Assembly: GCA_963785725.1 (NCBI GenBank)
Contig: CAWAWS010000039.1
Span: 512,001-576,000 of the forward strand
Source of the DNA: an uncultured delta proteobacterium
Lineage (GTDB): Bacteria; Myxococcota_A; Polyangia; Palsa-1104
DNA length: 64,000 nt
Direction of reading: 5' to 3'
This document shows positions 18,638 through 28,554 of the stretch, in pieces (positions within the stretch are counted from its first letter, which is position 1; each line of letters starts with the position of its first letter). Made by a program: the position numbers and the translations under genes. A model generated the notes under the pieces. That model did no database searches. It saw nothing but the letters and a program-made list of their open reading frames with translations, and was not told the DNA's origin.

Positions 18638-19780
18638 ATGGGCGGCGACGAGACGGGGGGCGTTCGTGTGCGGACGCTGGCTGTCGCTGACGACGAGCAG
18701 CGTCGCAAGCGGGCCGCGTTGGTGATCGCGCGCGGCTTGGGCCTGACGTTCGCTGAAGCGCGGGCGCTCGTCGACGGGCCGCGCGTCTTGCCGGGGTTTT
18801 TCGCGGCCGATGAGGCGGCGGCGCTCGTCGAATCGCTGGTCGCAGCGGGGTTTGCGGCCGAGACGTTTGCGGCGCCGGGCGGTAGCTCGCGCTGCGCCAG
18901 CCACCCTCGGCTCGGCGTGGACGTCGGCTGCAGCGGCTGCTCGACGTCGATCTGCGGCGTGTGCGTGGCGACGCAGCGCGGCCGCTGTCGCGCCTGTCAG
19001 GCGCGCGCGCAGCGACGGCAGCGCTGGGCGCGGCTGCGCGTGGGCGTGCTGCTCGTCGTGCTCGCCGGCGTCGGCGCGTGGGCGCTGAGCGTGCGGCAGC
19101 GGCGGCTCGAGCGCACGCGCTGGCGTCGGCCGCTCGAGGTCTCCGTCGTGCTGCTCGGCGAACGCGCGGCGCCGCCGGAGGTGACGGCCGCCTGGCAGGC
19201 GCAGCTGCCGTCGCTCGAGCGCTGGCTCGACAATGAGGTCAGCCGTCATCATTGCGGCGAGCAGGCCGGCGTTCGCCTGCATCTCGGCGGTCCGCTCGTC
19301 GTCGAGCGGCTGCCCGCCTATTTGCCCGACGACGACCGCTGGCTGACGCGCGCGCACCACGCGTTTACGCTCGATCGCACGCTGGCGGCGCTCGACGCGC
19401 GCGCCGGGCTGCCGAAAGCGGCGGTGCGGCTCTACGTGCTGCTGGCGCCGACGGCGGCCGCGGCGACGGTCGAAGGCGCCGGCGAGGTAGGCGGCGACGC
19501 CGGCTTCGTGACGGCGACGAGCGACGAAGATCCGTCATTCGCGCTCGTGGCCGTGGCGCACGAGCTGCTGCACTGCCTGGGCGCGACCGACAAATACGAC
19601 GGCGCCGGCCACGCGCGTGCGCCCGATGGTCTCGTCGAGCCGGCGCGCGGCTATCCGCAAGCGTACGGCGAGATCATGGTCGGCGAAGTGCCGCTGGCGC
19701 CCGGCCGCGGCCGCAACCCCGCGTCGCTCGACGAAGTGCGCATGGGCGACGCGACCGCCGCCGAAATCAACTGCCGCTGA
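18638..19780 (+). CDS. Membrane-anchored zincin-like metalloprotease with an N-terminal B-box-like Zn finger
   Basis: CASHP...CSGC...CGVC...CRAC, one TM, then AHELLHCLGATDKYD and EIM. Confidence 0.7.
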   Translation: MGGDETGGVRVRTLAVADDEQRRKRAALVIARGLGLTFAEARALVDGPRVLPGFFAADEAAALVESLVAAGFAAETFAAPGGSSRCASHPRLGVDVGCSGCSTSICGVCVATQRGRCRACQARAQRRQRWARLRVGVLLVVLAGVGAWALSVRQRRLERTRWRRPLEVSVVLLGERAAPPEVTAAWQAQLPSLERWLDNEVSRHHCGEQAGVRLHLGGPLVVERLPAYLPDDDRWLTRAHHAFTLDRTLAALDARAGLPKAAVRLYVLLAPTAAAATVEGAGEVGGDAGFVTATSDEDPSFALVAVAHELLHCLGATDKYDGAGHARAPDGLVEPARGYPQAYGEIMVGEVPLAPGRGRNPASLDEVRMGDATAAEINCR

Positions 19781-19837
19781 CGCTGCGCTCGCGATGCGCG
19801 GCCCGTGCCGGCGCGAAGCTCGACGGCTCGAGCGCTG

Positions 19838-20059
19838 CTACTGCGAGGTGTCGAGCGTGCCGGCGCAGTTGTGGCCGTGCCGCATCATGCAGTCCTGCTC
19901 CTTGGACGCGTCGGACAAGTGATCGACCACGATCCAGCTGACGCCGAGCAGCACGAGCGCGAACAAGAGACCGAGCAGCGCGCGATTCGCCGGATCGTCG
20001 AAGGTGCGACGCGGCGGAGGCGCAGGTTGTGGCGGCGCGGGCTCGCTCGGTTCGGACAT
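19838..20059 (-). CDS. Small membrane protein
   Basis: 73 aa, one TM, C-terminal QDCMMRHGHNC; AAGGAG RBS. Confidence 0.7.
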   Translation of the reverse strand: MSEPSEPAPPQPAPPPRRTFDDPANRALLGLLFALVLLGVSWIVVDHLSDASKEQDCMMRHGHNCAGTLDTSQ

Positions 20060-20199
20060 GCTGGCTCCTTAAGCTCCACGCGAAGCATAGCGCAGGAAGC
20101 GCGGGCGCGCCGCACGCTGGCCAACGAACGCAACCCCTGCCGCGACGTGCGTTTCGCGCGACCTCGGTGGCGGACGACGCGCATGTTAGGCTGGCGCGC

Positions 20200-20913
20200 A
20201 TGGCTGAGCTGCCCACGCTGACGGCGATTCTGGCGACGCCCGCGCCGACGACGATCGACGACGTCATCACGCGCCTGACCGCCATCGACGCCGCGCTGCC
20301 GCCGACCAACGGCATCGCCTGCTTCAACCACCTCTATCGCGTCGTGACCGAGAACATTCGCGACAGCGTCGCCGCCGGCGAGTTCGCCGGGCCCACGTTC
20401 GTGCTGCAGCTCGACGTCGACTTCGCCAACTTCTACTTCGCGGCGCTGGCCGAATATGACGCGGGTCGGGAGACCCGACGCGCCTGGCTGCCGCTCTTCG
20501 ACGCGCGCGATCGCAAAGACATCGCGCCGATCCAGTTCGCGCTCGCGGGCATGAACGCGCACATCAATCGCGACTTGCCGCTGGCGATCGTGACGAGCTG
20601 CCGCGCGCTGGCGATGCCGTCGACGCCGGCCGCCGGCTCGCCCGAGCACGTCGACTACCAGCGCGTAAACGACGTGCTGGCGCGCGTCGAAGCGGCGTTG
20701 CGCGTCGACTATTTCAGCGGCCTCTTGGACGAGAAGCAGTTCGCGCACGCCGAGGACGCGGTGGCGATGTGGAGCGTGCGCGCGGCGCGTGACGCCGCCT
20801 GGACGAACGGCCAAGTCTTGTGGCGACTCGGCGCCGGCCCGATCGCGCAAGACTACGTGGCGACGCTCGATGGCACCGTCGAGCTCGCCGGCCGCGGCCT
20901 GTTGCTCGGCTGA
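20200..20913 (+). CDS. DUF5995-like protein
   Basis: GIACFNHLY..VT, LDVDFANFY, QFALAGMNAHINRDLP and ARDAAW. Confidence 0.8.
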   Translation: MAELPTLTAILATPAPTTIDDVITRLTAIDAALPPTNGIACFNHLYRVVTENIRDSVAAGEFAGPTFVLQLDVDFANFYFAALAEYDAGRETRRAWLPLFDARDRKDIAPIQFALAGMNAHINRDLPLAIVTSCRALAMPSTPAAGSPEHVDYQRVNDVLARVEAALRVDYFSGLLDEKQFAHAEDAVAMWSVRAARDAAWTNGQVLWRLGAGPIAQDYVATLDGTVELAGRGLLLG

Positions 20914-20995
20914 CGCGAACGCGCGCGGGCGGCCAGGTCGCCGCCGTTCGACCGCGCGGCCCGAATTGCCGGCGAGCCGTGATCTTCGTATAAGG

Positions 20996-21571
20996 TCAGG
21001 CGGATTGGCGCGCGCTCGTCGGCGTCTCGGCTTTGGCGGCGCCGGTCGGAACGCGCTCGCCGATCATCCACACGACCAGCTGCCACGTGTTGCGCACGCC
21101 CATGAGATCGAGCGCCAAGGTCGCGGTGGCGACGCAGCTGATGGGCCGCTGCGACGTGCGCCACAGGCAAAGGCCGCTGCCGACCAAGACGAGCGCCGTG
21201 ACGAACGGCAGCAGGCCCGTCCAAATCCAGTAGCGCAGCCGGATTCCGTCGCTGCGACGATGGTGGCGCAGCATGTCGCGCAAGAGCCAGCCGCTGCGCA
21301 GGACCGCCGACGCCCCGAGGATCGTCATGAAGAGCCCGAAGTGGCGCTGCTCGGCCCAGGGCGCGAGACAGGTCGCCGCGGTGCCGAACGCGTAGCCGTA
21401 CTGCCATAAGATGGGCGTCACGAACAGCTCGCCCTCGCGGGAGCTCGGCAGCGACGGCAATCCCGTCGCCAGCGACACGGCGACGAACACGAGGCCGAGC
21501 ATCGTCGCCGCGCCGCCGCCGGTGAGTAGGAAGAAGTCGTGCCAGGCGCGGATCGAATCGACGAACGTCAT
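20996..21571 (-). CDS. Membrane protein
   Basis: WHDFFLLTGGGAATMLGLVFVAVS N-terminus, about 5 TM, GVRNTW near the end. Confidence 0.75.
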   Translation of the reverse strand: MTFVDSIRAWHDFFLLTGGGAATMLGLVFVAVSLATGLPSLPSSREGELFVTPILWQYGYAFGTAATCLAPWAEQRHFGLFMTILGASAVLRSGWLLRDMLRHHRRSDGIRLRYWIWTGLLPFVTALVLVGSGLCLWRTSQRPISCVATATLALDLMGVRNTWQLVVWMIGERVPTGAAKAETPTSARQSA

Positions 21572-21679
21572 CCGCGGCGCAATCTATCATGCCGATGGCG
21601 CGCGAATGCGGCGGGCCGTTGGCGCTCGCGTCGCGGCTGGGCGCTCGCGACGTGCGGCAGCAAGAGGCCGCCGCGGGTG

Positions 21680-22411
21680 CTACTTCTTCTTCGGCGCCAA
21701 CACGGCCTTCGGCTGCGGACGCGGCGCGCCGCACTCTTCGCATTTTTGCCGGCTGTCGGCGTTCATGTGGTTGCAGTACGTGCACTTCCACTGCACCTGC
21801 GCCACGGCCGCGCCGCCCGGCGCCGCGGTCGTCCCGGACGCGCCGGCCGCGAGCTTGGCCGCCTCCTGCTTGCGCGTGCGCGCCGCCGCGATCACGCGAT
21901 CGATGTTCGCCGTCGCCGACGACAAATCGCCGTCGACCTTGCCCATGATCGCCGTCGCCGCGTCGGCGCTGGGCGCGCCCGTCTTCAACGCGTCGTCGGT
22001 GTTGCGCAGGATGCGCTGCGCGTCATCGGCCGCGACGCGCGCCGCCGGATCGCCGCCCGGCGTCGTCGGGTCGCTGTTGGCGGTGACGAGCTTGTCGCGC
22101 AGCTGTCGCGTCTTGCCGTCGATCGCGCTCAGCGACGCCACGAAGCCGCCGTTCAAGATGGCGTTGGCGTCGGCCATCTTGCGCGCCTGCTGCTCCTTGT
22201 CGGACACGGCGCGCGCCGCCGTCATCGCATCCTCGGCGCGCTTCTGCTGCTCGTGCAACGCGTTGGCGAAGCCGGGATAGACCGCCGCCAGCTGATTGAC
22301 CTTCTGGACGTTGCCGTCCCAAGCCTTGTTTTCGCCTTCCACGGTCGCTTTGCACGACGCCGCGAACAACGACGCGCCCAACGCAGCCACCAGCAGTCCC
22401 CGATTGACCAT
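21680..22411 (-). CDS. Helical lipoprotein with a C-terminal RanBP2-type zinc finger
   Basis: Lipobox LFAAS-C; coiled-coil body; WKCTYCNHMNADSRQKCEEC matches W-x-C-x2-C-x3-N-x6-C-x2-C. Confidence 0.8.
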   Translation of the reverse strand: MVNRGLLVAALGASLFAASCKATVEGENKAWDGNVQKVNQLAAVYPGFANALHEQQKRAEDAMTAARAVSDKEQQARKMADANAILNGGFVASLSAIDGKTRQLRDKLVTANSDPTTPGGDPAARVAADDAQRILRNTDDALKTGAPSADAATAIMGKVDGDLSSATANIDRVIAAARTRKQEAAKLAAGASGTTAAPGGAAVAQVQWKCTYCNHMNADSRQKCEECGAPRPQPKAVLAPKKK

Positions 22412-23081
22412 GTGATCTCCCCCGGCTCGATCCGGAAATGAACGAGCCGCACTGTAGCCGCATTCGCGCCGATTCCGAAATCGCCGCGGCTAGCTCGGGC
22501 GCGGCGGCCTGTCTTGCGCCGCACGAATTCGCGGCGCGATGACGTGGCCTGCGCACGATCGGCGGGCTGCGCGCCCGGCGCACGTGCGGCCGACCACATT
22601 CCCGCCGGCCGTCGATGGCGCGCCGCGCGCCGCTGATTGCCCTATCGGCGCGACGACGCCGATCCCGATCCATCGGACGATGGCGCGCGGACTTGACGCG
22701 AAATCGCCGCGACGCGCCGGCAGCGCCGTGCGCGATCGGCGCGGCTCCTGTGGACGAGCGCCGAATATCTCTATCGCCGCCGCCACGTGCACGCCACGCC
22801 GAGATCGCGGCTCGCGTTTGCGCGCGCGTCCATCGTGCGCCATCGCCGGCGCGAAAAAATGCAGCGGCCGAAACGACTGCGCGCGCCATCGTTGCGCGTG
22901 ATCGAAGTCGCATGTCGGCGCGTCGCCGCCGCGTCGCTGTCATGCGCACGAGTGATCCCGTGTAGCGTATCGACGCAGCCACGGAAGTTCGTGCACGCAC
23001 GCGGCGAACGGTTCATTCTGAACATCGTATCGGCAACGTGTTTGGCGACGCTTTCGGCAACGTTCGTGCGGAGAAAATTGG

Positions 23082-23753
23082 ATGGCGGAGATCGACGGCG
23101 GCAGCACCAAATCGAAGCTGCGCCGGCTGCGTGACCTTCTCGCTTTCGAGCTGCGGCGCGCGCAAGGGCGCGAGACTTGTCCCCCGGAGTTGCTGCGTCG
23201 ACTGGTGACCGCGGCCGAGCTGCTCGAGTCGGTGTGCGCGCTCAAGTCGTCGCCCGACAACGCCGAGCAGCTGGAAGAGGTCTATTCCGACGCGCTCGTC
23301 GAGTCGCACTTGGCGATGCACGATTGGGAGCGCTTTCGCAAGCAAGAGGACGTCGCGCTGGCGAAGCCGCGTCCCGCGCCGCGACCGACGCCGGTTCCGC
23401 GCGTGCATCCGCGCGTCGACATCGACGTCTCCGTCAAGCTGCGCCGCTTCTCGGTGCACGAGGTGAGCGGCGCCGGCATGACCGTCGAGGCGCACACGAC
23501 GAGCTTGCCCGCGCGCAACATCTCGGCCGGCGGCCTGTACGTCGTCGCCAAGGGCTCGGCGCACAAGGAGCTCACCGTCGGCAGCGTCGTCATGGTCACG
23601 GTGAGCTTGGCGCGCGACGCGTCGCTGGCGTTCCGCATGCGCGCGGTCATCACGCGCCGCGACGACGCCGGCATGGGTCTGCGCTGGATCGTCGACTACA
23701 AGCCGGGCGAGCACACCGTGCAGGCGCTGCTCGAAGCCGTCAACCAGCGCTGA
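23082..23753 (+). CDS. PilZ domain protein
   Basis: RVHPR (RxxxR) and NISAGG (D/NxSxxG) c-di-GMP motifs; GMGLRW end. Confidence 0.85.
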   Translation: MAEIDGGSTKSKLRRLRDLLAFELRRAQGRETCPPELLRRLVTAAELLESVCALKSSPDNAEQLEEVYSDALVESHLAMHDWERFRKQEDVALAKPRPAPRPTPVPRVHPRVDIDVSVKLRRFSVHEVSGAGMTVEAHTTSLPARNISAGGLYVVAKGSAHKELTVGSVVMVTVSLARDASLAFRMRAVITRRDDAGMGLRWIVDYKPGEHTVQALLEAVNQR

Positions 23754-23824
23754 ATTCTTACGCTCGCTGACGATTGCGGCGGCCGCGCTCGCGCCCATCG
23801 GCGACGAGCGCGGCGCGAGGACGG

Positions 23825-25408
23825 CTATTTCTTGGCGGGCTGAGGCTCGATCGTCTTGGCCGCCGCTTCCGCCTTGGCGACCGTCTTCTCGCTCGACTTG
23901 AACGTGATGTCGCCGAGCTTCATCGCCTTCAGCTTCGCTTCGCTGGCGGCGCGCGGACCGACGATGACGATCGACCACGTCTCCGGCCGATCGTACTTCG
24001 CCGTGACGCGCGCGACCGCGGCTTCGTCTACCTTGGCCACCTGGTCGGCGAGCGTGCGGAAGTAGTCGAGCGGCTGACCGTTGAACGCCAGCATCGCCAT
24101 CGCTCCCGCCACGGCATCGTTGCGCTCGAGCTGCGACGGCAACGAGCGCACCAGCGCCTGCTTGGCGTTCTCCAGCTCGCCCGGCTTCAGCTCCGGCTTG
24201 ACCATCGCCTGCAGCTCCTTCTCGAATTCGGCCAGCGCCTCGGCCGTGACGTCGGCTTTGACGCCGCTGTTCGCCAGCCACGAGCCGTGATCCCTGAACA
24301 TCGTCACCGACGAGCGCGCCCCGTAGCTGTAACCCTTGTTCTCGCGGATGTTCAGATCGAGCCGCGCGAACGGCCCGCCCAAGATGTGATTGGCCACGCG
24401 CAGCGCGGTCGCGTCCGGATCTTTGGCCGACGTCGCCGGGCCGAACGTCCACACCTGACTCTGCGACGCGCCCGGCTTGTCGACGACGACGATGCTGCGC
24501 TTCGGCGGGCGCAGCTTGGGCAGCTTGACGGCGACGCGCGGCCGCTTCTTCCAGCCGCTCAGCTTCTCCGTCAGCAGCTTGGCGATCTCGTCGGCGGTGA
24601 CGTCGCCCGAGACCGAGATGATGGTGTTGGTCGGCCGGAAATAGAGATCGTGGAACTTCTGCATGTCGGCGATCGTGATCGCCTTGATCGTCTCGGGCGT
24701 GCCGCCGGTCGGCTGTCCCCACGGGTGCTTGTCGCCGTACATGATGCGCAGTTGCTCGTCGCGCGCCAAGAGGCCCGGGCTCGACGCCTTCTGCTCGAGG
24801 TCGGTGAGCATGAGCCCGCGCGTGCGCTCGACGTCCTCCTTGCGAAACGCCGGGTTCATGATGACGTCGGCGAGCAGATCGAGCGACTGCGGCAGCACCT
24901 CCTTGAGCGAATTGAAGCGAATCTGCGTCGCCTCTTGGAGCGACTGCGCCCCGAGGATCGTCGACAGATCTTCGATCTGCTCGGCCAGCTGCGTCGCGTC
25001 GCGCGTCTTGGTGCCTTCGGTGAGCATGGCGGCCACGAACTTCGACAGACCCGCCTTGCCGAGCGGCTCGCCATCGATGCCGGTCTCGATCAGCACCGTG
25101 ATGGCCACCAGCGGCACCGCGTGGTTCTCGACGACGAGCAGCTTGACGCCGTTGGGCAGCAGGCGCTCGGTCGGCACCGGCGCCGTGAACTGCGCCGAGC
25201 CGGCCGCGGCCGTCGGCTTGCTCGAGCGGAACGGCGAATCGGGCGTGCTCGGCGGCGGCGCCGGCGGCAGCTCGCCCGCGGGCGCGCTCGGCATGACCGG
25301 CACCTGCGCCACCGGCGCGGCCACCGGCGCCGGCTTGGGCGCGCTCGCGCACGCGCTCAACGTCAAGGCGGCGGCCGCCGACAACAGACGATTGTGTACA
25401 GCGTTCAT
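23825..25408 (-). CDS. M16 peptidase-like non-catalytic subunit (lipoprotein)
   Basis: Lipobox LTLSA-C, LPNGVKLLVVE, no HxxEH, and IRENKGYSYG (R/Y pair). Confidence 0.88.
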   Translation of the reverse strand: MNAVHNRLLSAAAALTLSACASAPKPAPVAAPVAQVPVMPSAPAGELPPAPPPSTPDSPFRSSKPTAAAGSAQFTAPVPTERLLPNGVKLLVVENHAVPLVAITVLIETGIDGEPLGKAGLSKFVAAMLTEGTKTRDATQLAEQIEDLSTILGAQSLQEATQIRFNSLKEVLPQSLDLLADVIMNPAFRKEDVERTRGLMLTDLEQKASSPGLLARDEQLRIMYGDKHPWGQPTGGTPETIKAITIADMQKFHDLYFRPTNTIISVSGDVTADEIAKLLTEKLSGWKKRPRVAVKLPKLRPPKRSIVVVDKPGASQSQVWTFGPATSAKDPDATALRVANHILGGPFARLDLNIRENKGYSYGARSSVTMFRDHGSWLANSGVKADVTAEALAEFEKELQAMVKPELKPGELENAKQALVRSLPSQLERNDAVAGAMAMLAFNGQPLDYFRTLADQVAKVDEAAVARVTAKYDRPETWSIVIVGPRAASEAKLKAMKLGDITFKSSEKTVAKAEAAAKTIEPQPAKK

Positions 25409-25416
25409 GTGGATTC

Positions 25417-26787
25417 TCACGGGTTGCTCGCTTGCGGCTTCTTCGGCGCCGGCACGATGGTCAGCTCGATCCGCTTGTCGTCGACGAGATATTTGTTGGC
25501 GAACGCCTTGACCTGATCGGGCGTGACGGCGCGAAAACGGGCCAGATCGCGCGCCAAATAGCTGGGATCGCCGAGATAGGTCTGATAGCCGTTGAGCACC
25601 TCGGCCTTGCCGCCGAGGCCTTCGACCTGGCGAATCTTGCCGGCGATGATCTGGCGCTGCGCGCGCGTGACCTCGGCCAGCGTCGGGCCGTCCTTCTTGA
25701 GGCGCACGATCTCCGCCTGCAAGAGCGGCGCGAGCTCGCTCACGTCGTGGCCCGCTTTGACCGTGGCCGCGACGATGAAGTCGCCGCCGAGCCCGTAGGC
25801 TTCGTTGGCGGCGTCGACGTCGCTCGCCACCTGCTTGTCGAACATCAGCGACTTGTAGAAGCGCGACGTCTTGCCGCCGGCGAGCACCTCGGCCAGGATG
25901 TGGCCGGCCGCTTCGTCGTCGGAGAACTGCTTGACGCCGTTCCAGATGAAGCTCAAGCGGGGCAGCTCGGCCACGTGATCTTGGACCGTCTCCTTCACCA
26001 CTTTCGTCAACATCGGCTGCGGCACGTGCGGACGGGGCGGCATGGGCGCGTCGACGATCTCGCCGAAGTACTTCTCGACCAGCGCCTTGGCCGCCGCCGG
26101 CTCGAAGTCGCCGACGATCGCCAGCGACGCGTTCTGCGGCCCATACCAAGAGCGGAAGAACGTCTTCAGATCGTCGACGCTCGCCGCCTGGATCTCGGGA
26201 ATGCTGCCGATGACGCACTCGAAATAGGGATGCGGCGACGGGTAGAGGAGGTCGCAGGTGCGCAAGTAGCCGGTGGCATAAGGCGCGTTTTCGTAGCGCT
26301 GGCGGCGCTCGTTGGAGACGACGTCGCGCTGAATGGTCAGCTTCTTGGCGTCGAGCGTGTCGAGCAGGAAGGCCATGCGATCGCTCTCGATCCACAGCGC
26401 CGTCCCCAGCTCGTTGGAGGGCACGATCTCGAAGTAGTTGGTGCGATCGTAGTTGGTCGAGCCGTTGGCCATCGCGCCCGCCGTCACGCCGATCGCCTGC
26501 AGAAACGTGAACGGCGACGGCTGCACGTGCTTCGAGCCCGAGAACATCATGTGCTCGAAGAGGTGCGCGAAGCCGCTCTTGCCCGGCGTCTGATTGGCCG
26601 CGCCCACGTGATACCAGATGCTGACGGCCACCTGCGGCAGCCGATGATCCTCGGACAGGATGACGTTCAGCCCATTCTTGAGCTGATACTTCTCGAGCTT
26701 GATGTCGGGATCGACGGCGTGTGCCGGCGACGACAGCGCGGCCAGGGCGATCCCGGCGATAGCGGCGCGTAAGACGAGGCGTTGCAT
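25417..26787 (-). CDS. M16 (pitrilysin family) zinc peptidase, catalytic subunit
   Basis: Signal peptide, LKNGLNVIL, GFAHLFEHMMF (HxxEH), NGSTNYDRTNY and VSNERRQR. Confidence 0.93.
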   Translation of the reverse strand: MQRLVLRAAIAGIALAALSSPAHAVDPDIKLEKYQLKNGLNVILSEDHRLPQVAVSIWYHVGAANQTPGKSGFAHLFEHMMFSGSKHVQPSPFTFLQAIGVTAGAMANGSTNYDRTNYFEIVPSNELGTALWIESDRMAFLLDTLDAKKLTIQRDVVSNERRQRYENAPYATGYLRTCDLLYPSPHPYFECVIGSIPEIQAASVDDLKTFFRSWYGPQNASLAIVGDFEPAAAKALVEKYFGEIVDAPMPPRPHVPQPMLTKVVKETVQDHVAELPRLSFIWNGVKQFSDDEAAGHILAEVLAGGKTSRFYKSLMFDKQVASDVDAANEAYGLGGDFIVAATVKAGHDVSELAPLLQAEIVRLKKDGPTLAEVTRAQRQIIAGKIRQVEGLGGKAEVLNGYQTYLGDPSYLARDLARFRAVTPDQVKAFANKYLVDDKRIELTIVPAPKKPQASNP

Positions 26788-26849
26788 GAGGCCTCCAGCA
26801 AATAATAGAGACGGCGACTGTCGACGGGACGCGCCTCGCTGTCAACTCG

Positions 26850-27479
26850 TTGCCGTCGCCGCGCTCGATTGACGAGATCGACGCCTGGCCGCACACTCGG
26901 CCGATAGTGGACGACGAGTTTTCCGCGGCCCGCGTGACCGTGCAAGTCCTGGAGCACCTCGAGCGCCGCCGCGCGCAGATCGTCGACGACGCCGCGCTCG
27001 TGCACGCCGAGGTCGAGCGCAGCCTCGTGCCCGTGCGCGCCGCTTACGAAGACGCGCAGCTGCCGCGCGCCTACTTCGACGCGCTGGCGCTCGAGCTGAC
27101 GGCGACGCTGCCCGAAGCCTGGCGTTCGCGCGCGCTGCCCTACACGCTGGCCGAGCGGCGCGACTTCTCCATCTGGCGCGGCGGCGATCCGGTGGCGCGC
27201 ATCACCTACGTGTTCATCGGTCTCGTCATCGGCGGCTTGTGCGTCGAGGCGCCGTTCATTCCCATTTGGGAGAAGTGGTTCCCGTTCTTGCTGGCGGCGC
27301 TGGCGTGGTGGCTGCCGTCGGCGCAGCTGGCGTGGCATCGGCGGCGCTATTCGCGCGCGCTCGGCGGCATCGTGCTGCAGCTCACGGGCGCGCAAGCCCA
27401 GCTCGACGGAACGATTCGCACCGAGGATCTGTTATTGCCTGATACGAGCACCCACAAAGGGGATTCCCGTGGCCAATGA
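26850..27479 (+). CDS. Membrane protein (2 TM), first gene of the SPFH operon
   Basis: Two TM segments; overlaps the next start. Start uncertain. Confidence 0.65.
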   Translation: MPSPRSIDEIDAWPHTRPIVDDEFSAARVTVQVLEHLERRRAQIVDDAALVHAEVERSLVPVRAAYEDAQLPRAYFDALALELTATLPEAWRSRALPYTLAERRDFSIWRGGDPVARITYVFIGLVIGGLCVEAPFIPIWEKWFPFLLAALAWWLPSAQLAWHRRRYSRALGGIVLQLTGAQAQLDGTIRTEDLLLPDTSTHKGDSRGQ

Positions 27480-28554
27480 CTTCATCAAGCCGAAGCTGCC
27501 GTTCAACGCTTCGAGCCTCGGCACCATCGCCGGCCGCATCGCCGGGCGCCTGTTGCGCTCGCGCGTGGCCTGGATCATCGGCGGCGCGCTCCTGCTCGTG
27601 TGGTGTGGCCCGTCGAGCTTCACGACCTACGTGCCGCCCAACATGGTCGGCGTGCGCCAGGTCTATTACGGCTCGTCCGCCGGCATCAAAGACGATCTGC
27701 GCGGCCCCGGCCTGCACTTCATGACGGCGGGCGTCGAGCGGCTGCACCTGTTTCCGCACGACCTGCAGGTGATCAACTTCTCGGAGAACGCCAGCGAAGT
27801 GTCGGCGCAACATCGGGCGGCGCCGTCGATCAAGATTCAGACGTCCGACGGCTACAACGTGCAGCTCGACGTCACCGTGCTCTATCGGCTGCGCAACGCC
27901 TACACCGTGTTCACCGAAGCGGGGCCCGGTCGCGCGTTCGAAGATCGGCTGGTCATTCCCCGCTGTGACCGCATCATGCGCAAGACGTTGGGCGAGCTGA
28001 ACTCCGAGGAGTTCTACCAAGGGCCGAAGCGCATCGAGAAGGCGCGCGCGGCGCACGAAGCGCTCGCCAAGGAGCTCGAGCCCTACGGCATTCAGGTCGA
28101 CGCCGTGCTGGTGAGCCGCTACATCTACGACGAGCGTTATCAGCAGCTGATCGAAGGGCGCACCATCAAAGATCAGACGGTGTTTCGCGCGCAAGCGGAG
28201 GCGAAGGCGGCGATCGAGCAGCGCAAGCGCGACACCGTCGTGGCCGAAGGCAAGGCGACGCAAGAGGTCGAGCTGTCGCGCGGCCGCGGCGAAGTGCAGA
28301 AGCTGGCGGCGCAGGCCGATCTGTACCGTCGCAAGAAGGCGGCCGAGGGCAAGCTGCTCGTCGAGCTGGCCGAGGCCAAAGGCACGGCGCTCGAGAACAC
28401 GGCGTTGCAGGGCGCGGGCTCGGAGAACCTCGTCGGCCTGAAGATGGCGGACGTCTTGCGCGGCGTGAAGGTCATGGTCATCTCGTCCGACGGCAAAGAG
28501 GGCATGAACCCGCTCGATCTGCAGAGCATCCTGCGCAAGTTCGAGGTCAAGTAA
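27469..28554 (+). CDS. SPFH/band-7 (prohibitin/HflC-like) protein
   Basis: TM, GPGLHF, IQTSDGYNVQLDVTVLYR and an Ala/Glu coiled coil. Confidence 0.88.
   Translation: MANDFIKPKLPFNASSLGTIAGRIAGRLLRSRVAWIIGGALLLVWCGPSSFTTYVPPNMVGVRQVYYGSSAGIKDDLRGPGLHFMTAGVERLHLFPHDLQVINFSENASEVSAQHRAAPSIKIQTSDGYNVQLDVTVLYRLRNAYTVFTEAGPGRAFEDRLVIPRCDRIMRKTLGELNSEEFYQGPKRIEKARAAHEALAKELEPYGIQVDAVLVSRYIYDERYQQLIEGRTIKDQTVFRAQAEAKAAIEQRKRDTVVAEGKATQEVELSRGRGEVQKLAAQADLYRRKKAAEGKLLVELAEAKGTALENTALQGAGSENLVGLKMADVLRGVKVMVISSDGKEGMNPLDLQSILRKFEVK

Noticed and set aside
22412..23081. 670-bp intergenic region as a possible ncRNA or riboswitch
   Set aside because: No recognisable riboswitch motif or stand-out stem, and its ORFs look non-coding. 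An Rfam search would be needed.
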